From positions 15,190,001 through 15,254,000 of the forward strand of contig OZ024743.1 of NCBI GenBank assembly GCA_964016885.1: DNA of 64,000 nucleotides, given 5' to 3'. A program made the translations under genes and the position numbers. The notes below the pieces were generated by a model, which worked only from the letters and a program-made list of their open reading frames with translations, had not been told where the DNA came from and made no database searches. Shown here piece by piece: positions 1 to 13,869 of the stretch. This DNA comes from Eledone cirrhosa. Lineage: Eukaryota. Positions within the stretch are counted from its first letter, which is position 1; each line of letters starts with the position of its first letter.

Positions 1-1782
1 GGTGAGACTACATTCGGTTGCAACTCTTGTCAGGAAGAGTCAATGAATCGAATGTAGGTCTTTATAACCTATGGTCCTATTCTTATCTCTGTGAAGTATA
101 AATATAGTGTTTTATTTGAAAATTAAGATGACATTCTCATGGAAATTTTGTTTGAGAATACCAATATGTTTGACACTTCTGTGCATTGATAACGTAAACA
201 TTGGATGAAATACCGCAAAACATTTTGTCAAATGCTCTAATATTTCCGTCAAACCTTTTCCCAGGACTAGTATTTATCTTACATATGAAACAAGGAATGG
301 CAAAGTTGACCTTTAGAGTATTTCAGATGATAATATAAAATGTTAAAACAATTACCAGAAGGCATTTGTTCGACATTTAATGATTCTAGCAATCAATTAG
401 CCATGTTTATGTCTTCTACAATAGACGTTTGAACATTTAGCAAATCAACGTTTCTAGCATAATTGATGCAATGAAATTCCTCTTTTTACTCCTATCTCCA
501 CTAATATGAAATTCGTTAATACACTGTTATTGAAATACTTGGACATATTTTGAAATAAAAGAAACAACTCTTAAGCCACACCGTTAAGGAAGCCTCATCG
601 TAATATTTGTAATTTAGATTAGACTTCATATTTGCAGCGAAACCAATGTTGTATTAGCAAATATGTTATTTCTGGAGAGATTTCGATGACATTTGGGAGA
701 TATTATGTTTCTATGTTTAACAGGTAACGCAAATCCCTTTGGTTTGGTCAGGAAAAGTGTTTGTTCGTGTTAATAGAAATACCGTAGCTTCCTAATGTCC
801 TGCAAAACTTAGAATACACTGTGAAAATGAAGTTATAGGATTGGATAATGGCAACATTCTTTGGCATTATACCTGAAAGCAGGTGGGGTCGTCAATATTG
901 GAAAGGTTGCAAGAAGAGCTTCTGTTAGATTTGGAATAAAGTAGTGATAAACAACAACAAAAGCAACAATTATTCTCAGTGTAACAGTAATCTAATCGTT
1001 TTTGATGAGAGATGTTAATCTATATAGCGACCGTTATCATTGGCGTATTTATAACGTTACTGTACTTGCAAGACTTGAAAACAGCACCATTCTAGACAGC
1101 GTATAGTTTCCTGCACTATTTCTTTGTTCATACAATTCATAAGAGATTATATTCTGAGATTTGACCTAATCATTCTCCGTCCAAACCTTCGTCGGTCAAC
1201 CTCAATGCTAAACGTAGCTTCCGAAATGTAGTTAAATGCAATTATTTCACCCAGGTCATGAATTAATTAAGCATTTATTTTACATCTTGATCTTCTTAAC
1301 ACTGATCACGGTTGTTATTGGATGGGTGGGGTAGAATACAACTATTTGTGTACTAATAAAGTTGACTGATTTGGTAAGATGTGCTAGTATTAAACAGTGA
1401 TAGATAGTAAACTTCATTAACTTCGAGGTCAACAAACTCACCTGCTACCACACTGTGTCATAACACGTCTGATGCCAGAGAATACAAAAGAGAAGTAAAG
1501 TAAAACAAAGACAAAGACATCATCTAAACTAATTGAAAATATGCCAAATGACTGAGATGCAGACAGTTTTCGAGAAATGAAATGGTTCGAAGAAAGATGG
1601 GTAGAGGTATATGGGAAGGGGAAGAGATTATTGTTAGCTCCAACGTAAAATGAAAAGAGTTTGAGAAATAGAGAAATATGAAAGAAAAACAGAGGTTATG
1701 ATATATAGAAATAACATGCAGGTTGATAATGAAGCAGCAAAATACATTACACAAAAATTAATTAAATATAAAACAGGGATGC

Positions 1783-1784
<2 letters not shown>

Positions 1785-1862
<78 letters not shown>
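1785..1862. repeat. (AG)n microsatellite
   Basis: Uninterrupted AG run. Confidence 0.95.
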
Positions 1863-1867
<5 letters not shown>

Positions 1868-4800
1868 GGGGCGTGAGAAAGGACAGTTAAGATGAAGAGT
1901 TTGACAAAATCTGAAATACAGGCAAGGAAGTATTCTAAGAAATAGTAAAAGCAGAGAATGGTTACGAAAAGTAAAAGAACATTTGATGTGGTAACGACCT
2001 ACAGAAACACATATGCATGCTATTTTGTGATGTATGTGTGTATGTATTTATAGGTGTGTCTGAGAGCGTGTGTTAAAAATGCCATTGGGAATACAAGTGT
2101 GAAAACTATAAATTTATGTTATATTTGATGAAAGATTTCTGTTGTTTCAATTCATATGGACGTTTCTTTTTTCATTGTTGTTTATTTTAAACACATTTAT
2201 TATTTATTCGTTTTCACACGTGTTATTTTTTAAATATTTCTTTGAAGTATTTTTTGTTGTTTTTTCTTTCCTTTATTTCCTGTCATCGCTTTATTTTCTT
2301 TATTATTTTTTTAGTTTCGTTGGCTTCTGATTTGTTATATTTTTCATTATAGTGTTGCAAGTATCTTGGTGTTCACTCCTGTTTTATCATGACAAATATC
2401 TTCACAGAGCCTCCATAAATGTTAACCTCCAGATCATCAGTCAGACGTACTCAAAATGAGATGTAGTTTCAAATAAGTATAACTCACATCTGCGACTCTC
2501 TTACTGCTAGTTAAGGTGTTTGTATGTATGTATTATGGACTCATAACACCTGTTGGAGTCGTGTGGGTGCATTACTTGTGCATTTTAAAAGTGATAGGGC
2601 CCTTCTCCCTGCAGGTATAAACATAGCAGATTTCTTTCAGAGAAGAAGAGAGAGCGATATGGAGAGACAGTCAGCAATAGATAGAGAGGTTCGACGTTCT
2701 AACGGATCTGCCAAATCACCGCCTTGGTACGGAACTACTAAGTTTGTTATTGATTTTGTTGTTGGATTTAGCTGCAGGTCTGCCTTAAATGAGCAGACAT
2801 GTAAGCAAAATCATTATAGCCATGTAGCGTATCTCATTCTATCTCAAGATGGTATGATATGACTTGCGTGAGATTACTTTGAAATTCCTGGTAGATAGAT
2901 CCAAGAAAATACGATGGCTATATGCATGTATATGGCATAAGGTTTTACAGAATTGAATTTACGTATGATTTCTGTGAGGGAGACTCGGCAGTGTAGGAAG
3001 CAAGTATTCGTTCTCATTTTACTTCACTTCAGGATTCAAACCAGGATGTCTAGATCTAGAGAGAGTGAGATGGCAATATGTATTTGCAAATGGCTATATG
3101 TTGAGTAATGATAAATAAATATGCAAATATCAATAATAATCTTAACAATCAAGTTGATGCATTGAACTAGTGCATTTTGATATCACAGTCGAATGGTGGA
3201 AGCGTCATCATGATTTCTTCTGATGTCTGGAAATATTTCTGAAAATATATTGCTAATTAGCATTTGATGTGAACTGGATTTTTATTTTAGAAGGATGAGA
3301 GTGAGTATTGAGGAACAGTTGCACATTAAAATTGAGTTGAAATATCAAGGAAATATTACAAACGAGATTGTCTCACTCAAACCTCTCAATATCTAATTGA
3401 CAATCCCAACTCTAACGAGCCATAATTTTAAAGTGCGTATATGATCCATATCAAATTGCCTCATTCCGTGATCAATGAAATATATTACTAGTCACACACT
3501 ATTTGGCATTGTGTTAACGCTAGAAAACTATATTATTGGGATTGGTAGTTTATGGTAGAATTGAAGTAGTGACGGAATACTTTATCATTGATTTTAATTT
3601 CGCCCCGTATGTAGTAATTGCACACACACCTGAAATCTCATTATGCTGGACCAATAATATGATTACATGCCATTTAATCTTCTCTTTCCTTGCCTATCAT
3701 TTCATTTTGTACCTGTGAAAGCTATCATAATTAAGTTTTCTTGCCATTATTTTAATATAATGTTTTCACTACACCACCACGCGCCTAAGAGTGTGACAGT
3801 CGCGATGGTCTATGGAATGTTCTATTTTTTTTTCAGAGAGGGAATATGAATTTATTATATTTGTTGTAAAGTTGGATTTAATTTATTCGTGTTGTGGTAT
3901 TACTTTTATATTTGCTTATTAATTTAATTAATATTAATTAATTAATTAAATTACTCACTGATTAACTTTAGTTTGATAGCTCTTAAAATAGGGGGTATGT
4001 ATGATTGGGTATAAGATTGGCTGTGTTAATTAATACGAGATTGAAAATATTGGTTATATTGTATTGCGAAGCTCTGTTCGATCAGACCGTGTAACATAAT
4101 GTGACATTTTATGTTTTCTTTCATTTAAAATATTCGGTTTGTGCTTCCTTTCTATACAACTAAACAGTTATTATGTTTCCATGGTCGTATTCTCTGTTAT
4201 GCATAGATCCACTTTACACAATATGTGAAATGCCAGTCTACTTTGTCAGTAGTTTATGATGAAATAAAACGTGTTTGAAATGTTTCAAAGTTAATATGAT
4301 GGGAAATATTGTGCAGGTTTTTTCCAGGCGTTTATCTTTTATGCTTTAATGCACATTTCTCTATTAATTGTGTTGTTTCTGTATCAGAAAATATACAGAT
4401 TTCTGCCATTCTCACATTGGCAAGTTCTTACTCAGGCTTTCTCAATCATTAAAGTAAAATTATACATATAATTTCAACCGATTTTATTATAACAAATAAA
4501 GTTATTTTAGGAACACAGGTTCTTCCAACTCATACAGTCGACAGTAGAGGAAGTATTTAAAATATTAGACCTCAGTCAAGACACTAACACGACATTTTAT
4601 ATCTTGCTCATTCTCAGATGATCAGGTGGGCGCGGAAATGTTAGAATATCCACTTCTCAAGGACATAATATTTATTTTAATTTCCATGAGTAATAGTATG
4701 GGCTAATAGTAGACGACGCAAGCCTGCATCATGTTGCTCATGTTTCCAAATTTACCCAATTGAATTATCGTTGAAACACTTTAGTCCTGGGGAGGAATTC

Positions 4801-5194
4801 TCTACAATGAACAACCACTGTAATTCTCTTCTTTAAAAGAATTTTGGAATCATTCAGACAAGCTTTGAAGTTAAGGCTATTTTACAATGAAAGTAATATG
4901 GATTTATTCCATATGGCATTGTTCGACACAATTCTAGAATACCTGATAAAAAATAGTTTACTTGACTGCGCATATAATTAGATTTATGTTAAATTCCACT
5001 CGGGTCACTTACAATATATGATACAGAGGTAAAACTGTAAATACAAAAAATTATACCTTCCTCAAATGACATCCTTCTCTTTAAAAGAAAAGGACACGTT
5101 AATAATTTGTTTACGTGATACATTATGCTTGGAGATAATTTAAAAGTCCTAGGAAGTTCATACTGGAATGCTTTTAATCACTGCGTTTGTACAA

Positions 5195-5384
5195 TAATTA
5201 TTTTTCTTTTGGCACAAATCCAGCAATTATCCCAGTACATTATGGTACTTTATTTTATTGACACCGTAAGGATGAAAGCCAATGTTAACCTCGGTAGGAT
5301 TTGAACGTAGACCGTAAAAGGGCGAAACTCTATGCTTCCATGCATGGCATCCGAGCTTCTACAGATTCTACCAATCCACTGCCC
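5195..5384 (-). mobile_element. tRNA-derived SINE (octopus-type, Nin/Deu-like core)
   Basis: Reverse complement of the family at 15999 and 16716: B-box-like GTTCAAATCC, core GCTTTCATCCTTACGG...AAAATAAAGTACC, AT-rich tail. Confidence 0.8.
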
Positions 5385-6321
5385 AATCACATCTAACAAA
5401 TATTTAAACAACATTACTTTGACACAAAATCAATATGTAATTACAACATATTAATTATATTCGATATCTGAATATAGCAGAGTTCTGTTCATGAGCATGA
5501 AAATCAAATTGAACGTACGTCTAGTGTGTTTGCGGTTTGATACCCGACATAACCACCAAACATAGGAAAATATTTTCTTGATAAATATTTTTCATTTCAC
5601 TGACATTTGTCAGTTGTTCAACATATAAATTAACAGTTACGACACCAGATGTCTAAGTGATTGGGGCTTTCGGAATCCTGCACGCAACTTGGATATATTC
5701 TGTTGCTGTCGGCTCCAGCCTCACAACAGCTCTAGTCGTTATCCCAAACAAGAAACATTATCTGTGTAACTGCCTATTCAAGGATATTTAAAAATCACTA
5801 ATAATACCAAACATGAAAAACATCATCTGTTACAATTTCATTAGTTCTCCATAGAAAGCGGATTTTCGAGTGTTCAAAGAATAAATGGTAAATTTGATAG
5901 AGTATGTGAGCCCCTGCCAATATTCTTGATGGCAAGTTGCCATAAATTTTACCGCACAAAGATGACGACACATCGTTATCAAGGTCGTGTTACAGGAATA
6001 TGTGCAGATATGTCAGTTTCATTACATGTGTACGTATCACCAACTACATCGAGTCCTTTTTTGCTTCCGTTTTTGTAATTTTGTTCTAGCTGTCATCGTT
6101 GTGCTTTTGTTATAGCGTGTTGGGTTATATTTCAACTTGTTGCCGATGATTTATGTATTTCTGTTGTTTTGCTGTTATCGGTGTTGCTGTTCATGTTGAC
6201 TTGCATGAAGGCCGATTTAGTTTTGCCTCACTCATTTTGGTTTGTCAGATATTAGGATTTCTGTTGTTTGGACATTGGTGATATTGTTTAGGATATAATC
6301 TGCGCCACGGCGATTCAGTTT

Positions 6322-6575
6322 TACTACTACTACTACTGCTACTACTAATACTACTACTACTGCTAATGCTGCTGCTGCTGCTGCTGCTACTACTAATACT
6401 AATACTACTGCTACTACTACTACTACTGCTGCTGCTTTTCCTCCTGCTAGTATTCCTCCCCCCACCTCATGCTACTACTCCACCCTAGTTATCCTCCTCA
6501 TACTGCTGTTGCTACTACTACTACTACTACTACTAGTACTACTACTACTACTACTACTACTAATACTACTACTAG

Positions 6576-6610
<35 letters not shown>

Positions 6611-6698
6611 TTACTACAACTACTACTAATTTTACTGGTGACGTTGCTACTGCTGCTGATGCCACTACTACTAATACTTCTAATACTACTAATGATAC
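6322..6698. repeat. (CTA)n/(CTG)n trinucleotide microsatellite
   Basis: Imperfect ACT/GCT arrays that explain the poly-T/S/V/L ORFs. Confidence 0.9.
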
Positions 6699-8802
6699 TG
6701 TTGAATTCAAATTTGGGCACAATCCAAATATGGAGGGGGAGGGGTCGATTGATTCGACTCTAATACGTTACTGTTACATTATTTTATCTACCGAATCTGG
6801 TTTAATGTTTTGCATATTTTTTTCCGCCATTATATGACTGTATTTGCATATTCATATATATATATATATTTTTTTTTTGCCTTGCTTCTCTCGTTATTAG
6901 AATATTACATGATTTCATACATGAGCGCTACTCTGATAATATTTCGCCCTCTAATGTCAGGCGTGGAATATCAAAGGTATATGTAACATGTTTTTCTATT
7001 AGTTATTGCTTCTATTCTGATTCAATCAATACAAACACCCTTTACATCTTTCGCCACATTTCACATTCTTATCCGTTCTTTCTCTCTCCCAACTAATATA
7101 TCTCACTGCGTCACACACGCATAAGCACTAACAAACATTTTGTATTTACACACACAGTCACTTTTGTTATTAACCTGTATGTCTGCCAGACTCTCTATTT
7201 TTTAATCAATCACTCTCTCCTTTACGCTCTTTCTCTCTATATCTGTATATTAACCTCTCTCTATCTATCTGTATTTTATTAACCTGTTTCTCTCTCTCTG
7301 TCTTTGGTTTTGCTGTGTTTCTTCACAGAATACGTTTTATATTCAAATGTATTTACCATTTGTTCAGAAGCTGTCATGTTTGCTTTGCATAACCAGGAAT
7401 TTGATACTTTCCAGAAGTGAGAACCATCTTTTCCAAGAGATTAACGACGGTCATCTTTGTTTTTAGTCTAAGCTCATATTCATATTTAGAAAATCTAATC
7501 GATGCCCTTAACCGATGTGAAGCGGTTCCGTCGACTTCAGCATGCCTTAACTTCTCGACCTTTGGTTCATTCCACTCAAGCCATAGTTGAGGTCCCACCA
7601 CTTGTATTGGAGAATCAGTGATAGTAGCATATTTTTGCAGCTAATATTTATCCTACTTTTATAATTGTGACTGCAGAACGTTTCATTTGAAATGTGTCTG
7701 TTCAAATGTATGTATTTTCTGAAGCACCCGAATAAAAATATCTCTTGTATGTTCATATATATAGTATATATATGTTGAATGAATATCGCCAGCTTGCCAT
7801 AAGTAAATGGAAACACATTTTCTATGAGTAGGAAAGGGCGTGAAAAGATATTTTGAAGTTTTTGTAAAGACCATTTGCGAGCTGAAGTCACAAAATACCG
7901 AAGCAAGCATAAATAGTTTCCTCTTGAAATAGATGATATATGTAACAGACAAGTATGGTCGATTCCATAAATTATACCATGCATCCAAAATTGTAGATTT
8001 GTGTACTAATATCAGCAATAATTATTATAGTTTCCGTAAGATTGGTTAATCATGCAACTTTATATTTTCAACTTTTGCTTCAGAATTAAATTAGTGTAAT
8101 GCCATTATTCTGATTTACTAGTTATTGATCATACTTCGAATTCGATAGTAATATTTATGTATAGAGACCTATTCTAATCAATCACCTAAATTGAACATTT
8201 ATGCCATAGTCAATAGAAATGTGTCTGCTGGTTGAACATAACAACCTTTTATTTAATGCTTACAACATTCGGTAGTTACTAATTACAATGAAATTATTCA
8301 CTTAGCAAATCATTCTGGCAAGTCCATCACTAGCGGCATTTACTAAATGAGAGATATAATGAATTCTAACATTCACGAAGTTAATTTTACATGTTAGAGG
8401 AGAGACATTGTCGATAGTATCGATCCAAGCAATTAATTGGTATCCACTCTATTGAACCTGGAAGGATGAAATGTTTTGCGAGATCTTAAACTTGTCAACG
8501 TTACATTTTATTAACTCAGGGTTGATAAACTTCTGAGGAGACTAGTACTGAGGTCAATTCTATCAAGAGCAAGTCAGCTCAAGATCTATAGCCGTCTATA
8601 ATAATTGAAGTATGTTTTGTGGTGTGACGAACCAAATATCGTGAAGTATTCAGTTATGAGCATTACTTAATTCACCGAAATCAATTTTTTTTATCCACCC
8701 CGGCTTGGTTAAACATATATCGTTTAAGTTGATTAAAACATTCCCTTAAATGGATCATAAAATATTACTATAATATAATAACAAACATTATTATTATTAT
8801 TG

Positions 8803-9033
8803 GCATGTCATTTGAGGGTCTACTGAATCAGTAGACCCTCAAATGACATGCTTAGCAGCATAAAGTTACGTCACATTGCGTTTGGAGTTCAAATACAGCC
8901 GAGGTTAGCTTTGCTTTTCATCCTTTCGTGGCCGATAAAAAAGCACCAGTAATGCTCTGGGATCAATGTAATAGATTATCCCCTGCTTTTGAAATTGTTA
9001 ACCTTGTGCCTAAAGTAGAAACAACTATTATTG
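8803..9033 (+). mobile_element. SINE copy with a perfect 24-bp fold-back at its 5' end
   Basis: GAGTTCAAATAC B-box-like motif and CTTTTCATCCTTTCGTGGCCGATAAA core; arms 8803-8826 and 8828-8851 are exact reverse complements. Confidence 0.75.
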
Positions 9034-9092
9034 TTTGTCTCTGAACGATACGTCTCTGCTGTCTACGCTCCGCAAGTTTTGATTGTGTACAT

Positions 9093-9139
<47 letters not shown>

Positions 9140-9220
9140 TTTAATAGTGTTGTTGCCAAGGGGGTATAACGCTTCAAACTTTGCCCTGATGAAGGTAATT
9201 TCCAAACATATGAACATTAA

Positions 9221-9790
9221 ATTTGCCAGCCACACCAATGTCACTGCGGTTCCACCGTAGACTCTTTCGGCCTCCACCCGCTTTCCTGCCGCCAGAGTGC
9301 CGGCCGCATTCCACGCCGTGCTGCCCTCAACAAGGTCATTAAGCAGGGTTTGGACGCTGAAGGCTTCCCTTTCCAGCTCGGGCCAGTGGGACTGGATCGA
9401 GGGGACGGCAAAAGGCCAGATGGCATGACCATCTTCCCGTTCCGCGGTGGCAAACCCCTCGTCTGGGATTCCACTTGCACCGACACTTTCTGCAGCGGCA
9501 ACGTGGTGCAGTCTGCGACTGGCTCAGGTTCTCCTGCAGGTCTGGCTGAGGAGGCCAAACTCCTCAAATACCGGTTGCTCTCCGACAGGTTTGAGGTCGT
9601 ACCCCTAGCAGTGGAGACTGCTGGTGTCCTCGGCCCCAAGGCTACCTCCTTACTCACCACCATAGGCGCTGAGCTGGCCAGCCGCAGGTGTAAACCCCGC
9701 GAGTTGGAGTGGCTTTTCCAGCACGTTTCCCTTGCCGTCCACCCTGGAAACGCCTTCTCCATTCTGTCCGCTGGGGCTGTGGGTGGACCC
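9221..9790 (+). pseudogene. 3' fragment of a CRE-like non-LTR retrotransposon (CCHC knuckle + restriction-like endonuclease)
   Basis: Open frame ICQPHQCHCGSTVDSFGLHPLSC...KRPDGMTIFPFRGGKPLVWDSTCTDT...AEEAKLLKY...PLAVETAGVLG; GC-rich island in AT-rich DNA. Confidence 0.8.
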
Positions 9791-11263
9791 ACCGCGTACC
9801 GTTGTAGTTATTGTATACATATATTTACTCATCAATCCCATTGTGCTAAATACACACACCAATAACATTTGATAAATGTTTATTCCTTTCACATAAGTGT
9901 TCCAGAGAAAAGGGCAATACTTTTTAGTGAATAGGTATGTATGAGTGAAATGATAAGGCGTCTTCTTTATCGACCTTCTGTTGGGAGCGATAAAATAAGT
10001 ATCTACGAAATGTTGAGGTCCTTTGAATCAGAAGATGTACACATTTGCTCATGTTAAACATTACTGGAATATTCTTATAACATTTTATGGTGTGTAATTT
10101 AAGGGAATGTAGTGCAGACAATCTGAGAATGAATGTTGTTTTAATGTTTGATGTATTTGTTTTGCACTAAATCCTGTCTGGATAAGCAGCTCTATAATCA
10201 TAAACATTCTAGCCAAAGTTTTGTATGTATCAATGACATTACCGGCCAATGTATCATGGATAATGAGGTTAGTGATGATGAAGCTATCCATATGAATTGT
10301 TAGGTTGAAGCTTAGAATATTGGGATGGAACATCATATATATGATATTATTGATGCCGGCAATTTTTACTGTCGTGGTGTTCACTGTTCTTTGAGCGAGA
10401 AAACGTATTAACTAAGACTATGTTTTATTATTTTTTTTATTATCTATAACAATATTTCCAATGCGTATTTTCAGGTGTAGTGGTGTTTTTTTAAGGGAAT
10501 GTAGCTCTTATATGCAGTCGGTTGAGTGAACACAGTGGAGACCCTTCTAGTTGGCTGTAGAGTTTATTGAAGAATTAAAAAGATGACGAGTTAAGATAAA
10601 ATATTATAAATAAAATAAGTAGATCATGATTTGTGATAAAAATAATATCGACTTTGAAGTAAATTCATCAAAACAGACAGCATCTAAAAGAAAATCTTTT
10701 TTTATGAAATTATCAAACTCTCCTAGAAAAAGAGAAAAGAAAAAACATAATATATTTCCAAGATGAAAATTCAAATTAACTTTAGACACATTCAACTGAA
10801 GCTATTTATAATGATGGTGATCTAAATAACGAAAATGTATGCTTTATTGCTAGGTGAAGGGGTGTCGTTCTAGTGTTGGATATTATGTTGCATCAGACGC
10901 TTTAGTAGTACGGTCAATACGGTGAGTGTGGTGAAAGGTATAACTGTGGTATATCTATGATTGTAAAAAGGGATTTGTTTTGTTACGGTGGTGTTAATGT
11001 TTGAGGTAGTGATAGTAACAACGAAAAAGTGTTCCAATGAGATGTCAAGTATTGCCATTTATCTTCGGTTTTACAGCGATAAAATAGTGGAGCATCAAAT
11101 ATATAAAAAAAGAAAAAAAAGAGACAACATTATAAAAGATTGCTTTTAGAAAAGTAGTTAAGGTCAAAGGAAATAATCGAGTGCAAACACGTCCATACAT
11201 ACACACATACATATACATAAGTGCGTGAGCGTTTTTTTTTATTTTGGTGTGCAGATTTCCTTA

Positions 11264-11342
<79 letters not shown>

Positions 11343-11420
11343 GTGTGTGTGTGTGTGTGGGTGTGTGTGTGTGTGTTTGTGTATGCGGTTATTTACCGAT
11401 GTATATATATATATGTATGA
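11264..11420. repeat. (TA)n/(TG)n microsatellite
   Basis: Direct inspection. Confidence 0.9.
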
Positions 11421-11689
11421 GCGTATGTAGAGGTATATACGCATATTATCAGTTGTGTATAGGACAAAGAAATGTCTACGAATATAACAAGATTAATAAA
11501 AATAAACTCGTCGCTAGCAGTAAGACGAAGTTGGCAAAACAATACTTGTAACGTTAGCCCCATTGACAATATCTTAATGTAAATAAAGAAGATATGTTTT
11601 CTATACAATTTTTCAGATTTAAGCCTAATAAACAAAAATATCGAGAATGCCCAAAATATAATACGATCAAATATACGTCCATATATATG

Positions 11690-11862
11690 TAGAGTTTCAT
11701 TGTAAGGGCGTATTTGTTCCGGTTCTTGTGTTCAAAGCTCACCGATGTCAAGAGTGTCTTTCATTCTAGCCCGGTCGATATCACAAATACTATTGTGGAT
11801 TAAATCGATTTTCCCTTTACGTTAAATTTCTTGGCATTGTGCCTGAATTAGAAAATATTATT
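11690..11862 (+). mobile_element. Degraded SINE copy
   Basis: GTTCAAAGCTCACCGA...CTTTCATTC...GGTCGATA...TTGTGCCTGAATTAGAAAATATTATT resembles the window's SINE family. Confidence 0.55.
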
Positions 11863-12567
11863 TCTATATTAAATCTAACTCCCTTCCTCTCTCTCTCTCT
11901 CCCTGTCTATCTCTCTCACTCTCTTTCTCTCTCACTCTCGCTCTCTCTCGCTCTCTCACTCTCCCTCTCCCATCTCTCCCATCTCTCTATATATCTCTCT
12001 CTCTTTATCAGTATTGTGTGACTGCAAGTTTTCATCATCCTGTGGTTGGTTTTGCCTGCAAAGATATTGTTTTTCCATTGACATAAATTGTCCTATGATA
12101 AAAGGAAGAACGCATTGAGAAGGCGCGAATGGAAATTATACGGCAAAGGTATTCATCATTAATGTCAAAATATCTCGACGCTTCCCGAACCTGCAAAATA
12201 ATAATATAGGATATATATTACATACCGCTATAATTACATATAGGATTCCACAAACTAATGATGCGAAATACCTACGTGATTTTTAGAAAGTAACAATTAG
12301 GCCACACGTAGGACTATTCGCAATATGACGCTGAAACCACATAAGGTCATATCACAGATGTATTTACGCATCTAATTTTCCGAAACTAATCATAAAGGCG
12401 TAATGATGAAATAAAGAAATTCCCTACTAAATATGTTTAACTTCTGCTACTGACCTGATTTCTATAATACACATTTTGAAAAGAGAAGACATCTCTCACT
12501 CACTCCAAATCGGGTGGCAGATCTCCCCGTCCGACAGGGAGAGTTGACAGGTCTGACACATTCACAC

Positions 12568-12571
<4 letters not shown>

Positions 12572-12645
<74 letters not shown>

Positions 12646-12880
12646 GTATGTGTGTGTGTGTATATGTATGTGTGTGTGTGTATATGTATGTGTTTGTGTG
12701 TATATGTATGTGTGTGTGTGTATATGTATGTGTGTGTGTGTATATATATGTGTGTGTGTGTATATATATGTGTGTGTGTGTGTGTATATATGTATGTGTG
12801 TGTATATATATGTATGTGTGTGTATATATATGTATGTGTGTGTATATATGTATATGTATGTGTGTGTATATATGTATATA

Positions 12881-12925
<45 letters not shown>

Positions 12926-12979
12926 ATATATGTGTGTGTGTATATATATGTATATATATATATGTATGTATATATATGT
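12572..12979. repeat. Compound (TA)/(TG) array with ~20-bp higher-order unit
   Basis: TATATGTATGTGTGTGTGTG repeated several times. Confidence 0.9.
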
Positions 12980-13247
12980 AAACGGATAAAAAGGAAACGA
13001 AATTTCATTTCCCACTCTTAGTACGGCTGTTACTTAAATATAGGTATGTACACGTACATTAATATATGTATACATACGTACAGTAGTATGCATATATATA
13101 TACATACATGCACACATATATATATATGTACGTATGGATTCACCGAACATTTATTATAATGCTCGGTGTGTTTGTAAACAAACATCTCGTATTAAGCCGT
13201 AGTGTCTATCAACCATCGTTGCTCGTTTGTTCAACACTGACAAAGGA

Positions 13248-13290
13248 ACGCTGTACTAGTTTCAAGCGAATTAGCTATCGCCAGCAACGT
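13248..13290 (-). ncRNA. Type I hammerhead ribozyme, mutated core (CTGGCGA)
   Basis: Same fold as 53796-53838 but with A6 changed to G. Confidence 0.6.
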
Positions 13291-13676
13291 ATACCTTCCT
13301 GCCAGATTGTTGAACGTATATACTTACCTTATGCATATTAACGGCTGAGTAGCCCAATTTGCATATCGAGTGGGTTAATCGGCCGGGTGCACCGATAACG
13401 ATGCACGGAAAAAAATGAAACGAAATTTCATTTCCCACTCTTAGTACGGCTGATATTTAAATATAAGTATGTACACGTACATACATATATGTATACAGAT
13501 GTATAGTAGTATGTGTATATATATATATATATACATACATGCACACATATATATATGTACGTATGGATTCACAGAACATTTATTATAATGCTCGGTGTGT
13601 TTGTAAACAAATATCCCGTATTAAGCCGTAGTGTCTAGCAAACATTGTTGCTCGTTTGTTCAACACTGACAAAGGA

Positions 13677-13717
13677 ACGCTGTACTAGTTTCAAACTTAT
13701 TAGCTATCGTCAGCAAC
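13677..13717 (-). ncRNA. Type I hammerhead ribozyme (423 family)
   Basis: GTTG-CTGACGA-tAGCT aata AGTTt-GAAAC TA GTA^-CAGCGT; stem I is cut short by the inversion junction. Confidence 0.75.
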
Positions 13718-13794
13718 TATATGCAAATTGGGCTACTCAGCCGTTAATATGCATAAGATAAGTATATACGTTCAACAATCTGGCACGAAGGTAT

Positions 13795-13837
13795 ACGTTG
13801 CTGACGATAGCTAATAAGCTTGAAACTAGTAGAGCGT
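13795..13837 (+). ncRNA. Type I hammerhead ribozyme (423 family), first stem I pair mismatched
   Basis: ACGTTG-CTGACGA-tAGCT aata AGCTt-GAAAC TA GTA^-GAGCGT. Confidence 0.7.
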
Positions 13838-13869
13838 TCCTTTGTCACTGTTGAACAAACGAGCAACTG

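Larger units (their letters stand above)
12980..13867. mobile_element. Non-coding HHR element, 423-bp unit family: ~1.7 units on minus joined head-to-head to a partial plus unit
   Basis: GAAACGAAATTTCATTTCCCACTC at 12994 and 13417 (423 bp apart); inversion at ~13717/13720; homologous to 53367-54043 and 44393-44548. Confidence 0.85.

Noticed and set aside
6232-6837. Mucin-like or membrane-like poly-T/V/L ORFs
   Set aside because: They derive from a trinucleotide repeat.
7374-7645. Non-repetitive minus-strand ORF as a host exon
   Set aside because: No recognisable domain and no convincing partner exons.
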